A stretch of DNA of 8,792 nucleotides from Thecamonas trahens ATCC 50062 (taxonomy: Eukaryota > Protista > Apusomonadida), in NCBI RefSeq assembly GCF_000142905.1, contig NW_013657594.1, forward strand, positions 1 to 8,792, given 5' to 3'. Each line of letters begins with the position of its first letter. Position 1 is the stretch's first letter. This document shows positions 1 through 6,829 of the stretch, in pieces. A program made the translations under genes and the position numbers. The notes under the pieces are model-generated. The model was not told the DNA's origin. It was given only the letters and a program-made list of their open reading frames with translations, and made no database searches.

Positions 1-33
1 CCCTCCGCGTGGGTCACCGTTCCTCGCGCCGAA

Positions 34-2672
34 ATGACGGCCATTGGCACCATTGCACGCCCCACTTTGACGACTTTGGTTACTCATGTGCCGAACTCGG
101 GTCGGCACAAGTACAACCAGAGTGATAGTGATACCCTCTCTCCCTCCCTCTCTCCCTCCTTCACTCACTCTGTTGTGTTCTTGATGTGATACGGCTGCTC
201 TCTCCTTCGATCTCAATGTGTCCGGGGCGGACGGGTGGACTGCCGCATCTTGTTGATGCGCCATGGCTGACCTGGTACTGGCTTGGCTCTGGCTCGGCTC
301 TGGCTTGGCTCGGCTTGGCTGGGACTCTTGTTGATGCGACGGGGTTGATGCGCCATGGCTGACCTGGTACTGGTTTGACTCTGGCTCGGCTCTGGCTTGT
401 CTTGCCTTGGCTGGGACTCTTGTTGATGCGACGGGGTTGATGCGCCATGGCTGACCTGGTACTGGTTTGACTCTGGCTCGGCTCTGGCTTGGCTCGGCTT
501 GGCTGGGACTCTTGTTGATGCGACGGGGTTGATGCGCCATGGCTGACCTGGTACTGGTTTGACTCTGGCTCGGCTCTGGCTTGGCTCGGCTTGGCTCGGA
601 CTCGGCTGTCGATGCGCTTGCCCATGCGGGTGACTGCTCTCCCACCTGTCATGTCCTGGCTCATGTCGGCGGTTGGCTGGGCTCATCTCTCTGAATGCCG
701 TGGCACATGTTGGCTCGGCTCGGTATGCAGCTCGGATGGCTCGCATCACGGGCCAACCAAGGATCGCGGGTGCACGGATATTCTCTTCCTCCTGTTGTTC
801 ATTCTGTTCTGGGTGGGCATGGTGGTTGTCGGCTCGATGGCCCTCGACCGCGGCCAGCCAGAGCGGCTGCTGTACGGTACCGACTCGTACGGAAACCTGT
901 GCTCGAAGCAGAACAATGATGTGTCCGACGGCGAGCCGTGGCGCGACATGCGCGGCAAGAGCAAGCTGTTCTTTGGCAACCCGTTTGTACCGGACAAGCT
1001 GCAGGTGTGCGTTTCGGCGTGCCCGACCGAGTTCTCCAAGAACACCGGGCTCACCCGTGCCGATGTCGAGTGCCGCGTCAATACCACCGACGACTCGACT
1101 AACTACTTTACCGCCACCTGGCTCCGCGGGTGTGTGACCGACGACAACTGCCCGTGCTACATCCGCTACCCCTCGTTCGAGCTGCTCAACCGGTGCATCC
1201 CGGGCCCCGAGTTTGACAATGAGACCCGGAGCGAGATCGCGAACTCGGAGGCCGGCGAGACGGTGCGCGAGATGCTGGGTGATGTCATCAACGCCAAGTA
1301 CATCATTCTGGCGTGTGCCGGCGGCGCGCTCCTTCTCTCGTTCATCTGGCTCATCATGCTGCGGTGCTGCGGCGGGTTTATGGTGTGGACTACGGTCGTA
1401 CTCACGGTAATGGCCATGATTGCCGTCACCGCGTTGTTCATTGTCTATGCAGGGCGGGCCAAGGAGACGTACGATGAGCGCAAGGCCGAGGGGACAGAGA
1501 CGACACGTCTCCGTGCCAACTACATGACGCTTTATGTTCTTGGCGGCCTCGGCGGTCTCATTGTCTTTATCGCATTCCTCGCCCTGCTCTTTATGCGGAC
1601 CGAGATCAACCGGGCCATCGAGATCGTCAAGGAGGCAGCGCGGACGCTCGGGCACATCCCCATGCTCGTCTTCTTCCCTATCTTTGTGGTCATCGTTCTC
1701 GCGGGCTTCCTCGCCTACTGGGTGGTGGTCATGATCTACCTGGCGACCGCCGGCGACCCGGTCTTTACACGTGTTGGCTTGCTCGATAATGAGCCGCCGC
1801 GGCTGCTCGAGTACAAGGCGGACAACACACTGCGCCAGCTGCAGGCGTACCACGTGTTTGGCGGCCTGTGGACGGTCAACCTCCTCCTCGCCTTCAACGA
1901 GATGGTAATTGCCGGCGCCGTCGCGCACCACTACTTCCGCGAGGGCACCTCGCACATCCTGCGCTTCCCTCTCCTCGCCGCCGTCTGGCAGACGATGCGG
2001 TATCATCTCGGCACGCTCGCCTTTGGCTCGCTCATCATCGCCATCGTCCAATTCATCCGGCTCGTCCTCATCTTTGTGCAGAAGCGGCTGGAGGCGGCCA
2101 ACAACCGGGTTGCAGACTTTATCTTTGCCTGCCTCCACTACGCCTTCCTCTGCCTCGAGCGCTTCCTGAGGTTCATTTCGCGCAACGCGTACATCATCAC
2201 CGCCATCCGCGGCTCGTCGTTCTGCTCGTCAGCGCGGACCGCCTTCCATCTCCTCACGTCGAACGCGCTCTCGCTCCTTGCCCTCACCTTTGTCTCCAAC
2301 TTCCTCATCCTCCTCGGCAAGATCGTCGTTGTTGCCATCACCGGCCTTGTGGGCCTCGTCTGGCTCAAGACCCGCGACGACCTGCAGTACTACGCCATCC
2401 CGCTCATCCTCATCATATTTGCCGCCTACGCCATCTCCGCCCTCTTCACCACCGTCTTTGAGATGACCATCGACACCATCTTCCTTTGCTACTGCATCGA
2501 CCTTGATGAGTACGACGGCCGCTACATGTCGCCCTCGCTCCGCGCCTTTACCGACGCCCACGCTCCGCCGCGAAAGAGCTCCAACTCTGGCTCTCGCTCG
2601 CGTTCGCGCTCACGTACCCGCTCCCGCTCTCGATCCCCGCGCCCGGCCTACGAGCAGCGCTCACACCATTGA
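34..2672 (+). CDS. SLC44A: Choline transporter-like protein (SLC44/CTL family). Predicted exons 34-110 and 731-2672, about 672 aa. The exon 1 frame is open back to base 1, so the true start may lie upstream of the window.
   Basis: Family motifs in the translation: GPTKDRGCTDILF, LLYGTDSYGNLC, RYHLGTLAFGSLIIAIVQ, NAYIITAIRGSSFCSSA, DTIFLCYCID, plus many hydrophobic segments. The TTG start at 591 lies in repeat sequence. Donor AA|GTACAA (111) and acceptor TGCAG|C (730) are both phase 2 and join in frame as SGRHNSDGSHHGP. The family call is firm; exon 1 is less certain. Confidence 0.93.
111..730 (+). other. Predicted intron 1 of the CTL gene (GT-AG, 620 nt)
   Basis: GTAC donor like the peroxiredoxin introns, followed by a C/T tract. 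ACTCAC branch-like motif at 163-168. The first downstream AG is at 729-730, and splicing restores the frame. Confidence 0.75.
248..616. repeat. Minisatellite, 92-bp unit, about 4 copies
   Basis: GTTGATGCGCCATGGCTGACCTGGTACTGG starts at 252, 344, 436 and 528, an exact 92-bp period. Units are nearly identical and contain GGCT(C/T) subrepeats. Confidence 0.97.
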
Positions 2673-2737
2673 CGGTAAACCCGAAGCCCTTGCACAGTTG
2701 TGGCCCCCACCCAACCACCTCCACCCAACCACCTCCG

Positions 2738-2789
2738 CCAACCGCCCGCCCCAACCGCCCGCCCCAACCGCCCGCCCCAACCGCCCGCC
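2738..2789. repeat. 13-bp tandem repeat (CCAACCGCCCGCC)x4
   Basis: Four exact copies at 2738, 2751, 2764 and 2777, preceded by two related CCCAACCACCTCC units. Confidence 0.95.
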
Positions 2790-2856
2790 TGAATTCATTC
2801 ACCACCGCACCCCCCCGCCTCCTCGTCTCCCCACTCCACCCACTCGACTCACTCCA

Positions 2857-2913
2857 CCCAACCCCAACCCCAACCCCAACCCCAACCCCACCCCCACCCC
2901 CACCCCCACCCCC
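2857..2913. repeat. Hexamer microsatellite (CCCCAA)4(CCCCAC)4
   Basis: Read directly from the sequence. The minus strand carries repeated G4-G5 runs. Confidence 0.95.
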
Positions 2914-2975
2914 TACAACCCCAGCCCGTTCCAACTTCTCTATCCCCTCGACCACCGGCGCCTCCAAAAAGAGCC

Positions 2976-5330
2976 ATGAGCAAGGTGACAGTGGTAGATT
3001 CTACGGCGAGTGTTCCAGCCTCGGCCACGGGGGCCACGGAGGCTACGGGGGCGACGGCGAGCAAGGACATGGCCGAGACAGAGTCTGTAGTCTTCACTCT
3101 CTCTGCAGACGTAGCTGATATGGATGCCGCGTCAGATTCGATGGAACCGTCGCTCTCGGCCTCACAGACCGTCGGCGCGACGGGAGACGATGCTCGCTCG
3201 CAGTCGGGCAAGCGGAAGCTCATTGCCGACGACTTGGACGACTCGGACGACGAGAATGACGAGGATGACGAGAATGGTGGCAATGGCGACACGTCCGAGT
3301 ACGATGAGGAGCTCGCTCCGCTGCCGGCGTTCAAGAAGCTCAAGACGCTCGACGGGAGTGCGAGCTCGGTCCGGGCCAAGATGGCCGCCTATCGTGCCGA
3401 GCAGATGGCCAAGATCGAGGCCGAGGCCGAGGCCGAGGCGGAGACCGTCGGCACCGGGCCGGTCGTCGGCAGTGCTGGAGTGACCGAGGGCGAGGTCGAG
3501 GTTCGGAGCGCCAAGGAGATGGAGGCCGAGCGCGAGGAGCTGTCTCGCGAGCAGGCCCGGCTTCTGCGTGAGAACGGGGCGGTGGTCCCGGGCCTGGGCC
3601 TGGACGAGGCGCAGACAGGGAGGGAGGCAAAGCCGCGGTTCATCCCTAAGCTCATCAAGTCGTCGATCTCGGCCTTTGGCCTCGACGGCGTGCTCTCCAA
3701 GCTCAAGCGATCGTCGAGCCTTGCATCGCCGACGGCTGGCTCGCCGACGGCCGGCTCAGGCTCGGGCTCGGGCACAAGCTCGGGTCCGCGGTCGCGGTCG
3801 CGGTCGCGGTCGCACTCGCTGGCTGGCCTCGAGCTCAAGCCGCAGCTCGGGCGCGAGATGCCCGAGGGCATGGTCCTCTCGTCAGGGGCACTCAAGATCA
3901 AGGTCCCACAGCATGTCCGCAAGTCGCGGTCGTTTGTCAAGTCGTCGCTCAAGGCGTCGATTGCCCAGCGGCGCGCGCTCGAGCGCGCCCGGGCCGAGGA
4001 GATGCGCCGCCTCGACGAGGAGGACTTTTCCGAGGACGAGGCACCTGCGACGGCCGTCGCCCCGGGTGTCGCCCCGGCCGCAGTCGAGGAAGACGAGGAC
4101 AACATGGAGAACGAGGGTGCCAGCGAGCTCGAGGAGGCGCTGCAAGAGGCGCGTGCGGCGACCGAGGCCGAGCCCGAGGCCGAGGCCGAAGCCGAGCCCG
4201 AGGCCGATGTCGACGCATCGCTCCATCTCGACTTCCAGGCATCACTTCCCGCCATTCCGCTAGCTGCATTTGCCAGCATGCCCAAGAAGCAGACCGCATC
4301 GAGCTACGCGCGCCGCAAGCGCGAGCCCGCCATCTTTGACGGCATCCGCGCGCTCATCGACGACAAGGCCGAAGAAGAGGGAGATGCCGAGGGCGGAGCG
4401 GGCAGCGGCGGTGAGGACGACGACAGCGACGAGTCGCGGCCGATGGATACCCAGGAGGCGGCGGAGATGGCCGAGTTTGTGGACGACGCGGGAGAGGAGA
4501 GCGTTGCCCACGACGCACACGCTGGATGGGCGGCCGAGCGCGACGAGGCCGAGCTAGAGGCGTTGAAGGCGCGGCTTGTGCGCGGCGGGAGCGGCGATTC
4601 GGACAACGAAGGCGGGTTGTCGCGGGCGGAGCAGATTGCGCGGGCGCGAGCGCGTGCGGCGCGTCGGGCCAAGACGGTCTCTGCCTCGGGCTCGGACTCG
4701 GACGATGACGACGAGGCACCCAAGCTGGTGCGGTCGGCAACATCGATTTCGCTGGCGTTTGACGAGGAGAGCGAGAGCCATGAGGCCGTGACCGAGTCTG
4801 CTCAGCGGCTGCGCGAGCGTGTGGAGAAGCGGCGGGTGTTGGAGGAGTCGCGGTCGCAGTCTGCGGCGTCGCTGCCGACGCTGCTGCAGGATGAGTCATC
4901 GCGGGCGATGATGACCCGAATTGCCAAGACTAATGTTGTCTCACCGGTGCTCTCGACCTCGCGCTCGTCGTTTGGCTTTCTGGAGACCTCGCGGTCGTCG
5001 TTTGGCTTTGCTGACACCTCGCGGTCGTCGTTTGCGGTATGCGAGGCGGTCGTCTCCGAGTCGTCGCGGTCGTCGTCAGCGCCGATGCTGGTCCGCAAGG
5101 GCTCGCTCATTGCCCGTGAGGAGACGGTGAGCCGGCTGCGGACGCTGTCCAAGGCTGCGCCGTCGGGCCAGTCATCGTACGTCTTTGCCGACGCCTCGGC
5201 AGGATCGCGGTCGTCATCGACGGCGACAACGCCGCGGGCCGGCGGGCCGACCGCCACCACACCGCGCGGCCGCGACGCCGGGCCGTCACTGTTCTCGATG
5301 CTCAAACAGCAGACTCAGACGCTGCGATAA
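2976..5330 (+). CDS. CLSPN: Claspin/Mrc1-like DNA replication checkpoint mediator, 784 aa, single coding exon
   Basis: Acidic, low-complexity protein with Claspin-like blocks in the expected order (compared from memory with human Claspin and fungal Mrc1): ELSREQARLLRE, LKASIAQRRALERARAEEMRRLDEEDFSEDE, an MRC1-like acidic block IDDKAEEEGD...EFVDD...ERDEAELEALKARL, and a C-terminal GSLI...SRLRTLS...SYVF...SLFSML. The ATG context is GCCATGA. Confidence 0.8.
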   Translation: MSKVTVVDSTASVPASATGATEATGATASKDMAETESVVFTLSADVADMDAASDSMEPSLSASQTVGATGDDARSQSGKRKLIADDLDDSDDENDEDDENGGNGDTSEYDEELAPLPAFKKLKTLDGSASSVRAKMAAYRAEQMAKIEAEAEAEAETVGTGPVVGSAGVTEGEVEVRSAKEMEAEREELSREQARLLRENGAVVPGLGLDEAQTGREAKPRFIPKLIKSSISAFGLDGVLSKLKRSSSLASPTAGSPTAGSGSGSGTSSGPRSRSRSRSHSLAGLELKPQLGREMPEGMVLSSGALKIKVPQHVRKSRSFVKSSLKASIAQRRALERARAEEMRRLDEEDFSEDEAPATAVAPGVAPAAVEEDEDNMENEGASELEEALQEARAATEAEPEAEAEAEPEADVDASLHLDFQASLPAIPLAAFASMPKKQTASSYARRKREPAIFDGIRALIDDKAEEEGDAEGGAGSGGEDDDSDESRPMDTQEAAEMAEFVDDAGEESVAHDAHAGWAAERDEAELEALKARLVRGGSGDSDNEGGLSRAEQIARARARAARRAKTVSASGSDSDDDDEAPKLVRSATSISLAFDEESESHEAVTESAQRLRERVEKRRVLEESRSQSAASLPTLLQDESSRAMMTRIAKTNVVSPVLSTSRSSFGFLETSRSSFGFADTSRSSFAVCEAVVSESSRSSSAPMLVRKGSLIAREETVSRLRTLSKAAPSGQSSYVFADASAGSRSSSTATTPRAGGPTATTPRGRDAGPSLFSMLKQQTQTLR
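4955..5034 (+). repeat. In-frame 30-bp repeat x3 encoding TSRSSF(G/A)
   Basis: ACCTCGCG(C/G)TCGTCGTTTG at 4956, 4986 and 5016. Confidence 0.9.
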
Positions 5331-5427
5331 AAAAAGAGCGGTAGTGCTGCAATGCTAATTTACTCTGCTTCTCCAGACGCTTCTGCGCCTCATCGGCTCG
5401 TCTGCTGGGCTGGCACGCGGTCTGCCT

Positions 5428-5453
5428 GTTGCGCGCGCAAGTTGCGCGCGCAA
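5428..5453. repeat. Tandem duplicated palindrome (GTTGCGCGCGCAA)x2
   Basis: Two exact 13-bp copies, each containing the perfect 12-bp palindrome TTGCGCGCGCAA. Confidence 0.9.
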
Positions 5454-5589
5454 TGGAACGACCCGACATCCGTCGCCAGAGTCGAGCCCTGCACCTCGGC
5501 AAAAAGTGAGCGTGCAGAACGACATCAATGGCGGGACGGAAGCGGGTACGCAGGCAAGAGTCCGACATGCGCAGTGCGGCTCGGGCGCG

Positions 5590-5644
5590 GCTCCGATCTC
5601 GGCGGCAGGGCCAGACTTGAGGAGCTACGCCGTCAGGGCGAAGC
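5590..5644 (-). promoter_or_regulatory. Weak candidate SECIS element in the 3' UTR of the predicted selenoprotein
   Basis: Lower helix GCUUCG/CGGAGC, core cUGAC/CGAG, and AA 13 nt after UGAC. The upper helix is imperfect and the base before UGA is C rather than A/G. Confidence 0.3.
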
Positions 5645-5717
5645 AGACGATGGTCAGAGGCGACAGAACGGGGAGAAGAACAAAGGCGCAGCAAGTTAGC
5701 GACGAGGAGCACAGCAG

Positions 5718-6231
5718 CTAGCCCTCAAACTCGCTGTAAAGACGCTCGACGACGGCGGTAAGATCAGCTGCAATCTCCTTCATGGCCGTCCGCCGAAGCT
5801 TGGGGTACTTTGAGAAAAGGTTGCGCTGCGCCTTGTGCCAGACCACTTCCTTGACAGCGTGCTCTTCGCCGCCGAACGAGACCGCAGTCAGCACGATCTT
5901 GACGCCGGTCGGCGACGGCACACCCTCCACTTCAGTGTTGGGGAATGCCGTCTGCACAGCCTTGGTTGCCGAGTTAAGCTCGTGCGGTGGGGGTGAGTAG
6001 ATAAGGCCGGGGGGGGGGGGGGAGTTGCCATTCAATTTTTTGGTCGGAATTGGCTTGGCCGGGTGATGACGACACTGTGCCGGCAGCAGTAGGCGGGACC
6101 AGGGGGGAGGAGCGGAAGGAGGGGGGGGGGCAGCAAAGAGGTAAGGGGGAACGTATTTGGTAGCCGCCTCACGAAGGCGAGTAGAAGACCGAGATGGAGA
6201 GAAGGGCAGAGTCCTTGAGATTGGCAGCCAT
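5718..6231 (-). CDS. Candidate small selenoprotein, SelW/Rdx-like thioredoxin fold, 112 aa. Exons 6231-6157 and 5981-5718; TGA at 6171-6169 read as Sec.
   Basis: The minus strand from ATG 6231 reads MAANLKDSALLSISVFYSPS(TGA)GGYQ. It joins in phase 0 to ELNSATKAVQTAFPNTEVEGVPSPTGVKIVLTAVSFGGEEHAVKEVVWHKAQRNLFSKYPKLRRTAMKEIAADLTAVVERLYSEFEG. The layout (hydrophobic strand, Y-xxx-U-G, helix ending in FP, strands, VWxK) matches the Rdx family. Confidence 0.75.
5982..6156 (-). other. Predicted AT-AC intron (175 nt) with U2-type signals
   Basis: 5' end ATACGT, poly-C tracts, ACTCAC at 5998-5993, 3' end CCACCGCAC. Splicing restores the frame. Confidence 0.65.
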
Positions 6232-6829
6232 TATGAGACCGAGTTGAGTGTGGAGTGCTCAAGACTGCTGCGCGCTCGAGTACAAGTCACAGAATCAATG
6301 TGGTCCAGCCATTGGGCGACCCGACTTTTGAGTTGGGTAGAGGTAGGACAATGGAGAAAGCGCGGCAGAAGTGTATAAAAAATGGTACATTTTTTTGGCA
6401 GATAGCGAGTCCGTGGTCTGTTGTCCTGTTCGGCCCTCTCGCAGCCCATCAGTCTACGTGTGCTCGGCTCTGCCGCGCCGCATTTCCCGCTCTACACATC
6501 AGGCGGTAGCTACGCGTAGCTGCTGCGGCAAATCTCAGATGCAGCGCCATCTCGCTGCTCTTCTCGCTATCTGTAGGTGTGACGATCACTGGCGATCGCG
6601 CTACCGGCTATCACCCAGCCGCCACTTGCTCACCATCGCAACATTCCGACGCACACCGACAGCCACATGCCGCATGACAAGTCCATCCAAGCTCCATCGC
6701 GTCGCCCACGATGTGTCCACCCCAGCCACCACCAGACCGAGCGAGGCCAAGCCCGCCAGCCGCCGCCGATCACTGCCCCGCATTCCGGGCCACACGGTCA
6801 CACGGCCACCCCACTCTCTACCCAATACC
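6232..6829. promoter_or_regulatory. Putative bidirectional promoter and 5' UTR region between the selenoprotein candidate and the peroxiredoxin
   Basis: Lies between divergent ATGs. It contains TATAAAAAA (6374), CCAAT on the minus strand (6315-6311), TTTCCCGC (6483-6490) and the palindrome AGCTACGCGTAGCT (6508-6521). Confidence 0.55.

Noticed and set aside
248-616. Repeat array as a CRISPR
   Set aside because: The units are contiguous near-identical copies with no unique spacers, there are no cas genes, and the context is a eukaryotic intron.
161-664. 167-aa minus-strand ORF
   Set aside because: It is a translation of the 92-bp minisatellite cycling through frames.
591-730. ORF-track N-terminus of CTL (TTG start at 591)
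   Set aside because: It begins inside the repeat. Family similarity starts after the acceptor at 730.
213-2138. 641-aa antisense ORF
   Set aside because: It is a shadow of the GC3-biased CTL coding strand extended through the repeat, with no recognisable family motifs.
2857-2885. True telomere or chromosome end
   Set aside because: There are only four full CCCCAA units, internal between two genes and grading into CCCCAC.
3124-5305. Many alternative-frame and antisense ORFs over Claspin
   Set aside because: Arg/Ser/Pro-rich shadow frames expected at high GC content.
5371-5393. AUGA...AA...GA hairpin on the minus strand as a SECIS
   Set aside because: The stem is only about 6 bp, far shorter than the 11-13 bp SECIS upper helix.
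5352-5699. 115-aa plus-strand ORF after Claspin
   Set aside because: No motif support, and it lies in the convergent 3' UTR region.
5982-6035. ORF-track start MNGNSPPPPG (TTG at 6035)
   Set aside because: It translates a poly-C tract and branch motif, so it is intronic.
6167-6189. Canonical donors that would splice out the TGA (TC|GTGAGG at 6172, TCG|GTCTTC at 6189)
   Set aside because: GTGAGG is phase 2, while the nearby AG acceptors are phase 0, so it frameshifts. GTCTTC is in frame but a poor donor and would delete the redox motif. Neither is fully excluded without cDNA.
5718-6231. Pseudogene reading (premature TGA plus mutated donor)
   Set aside because: The TGA falls exactly at the Rdx Sec position, both intron ends change in a compensatory way, and the rest of the frame is intact. 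It remains a fallback if no SECIS or Sec machinery is found.
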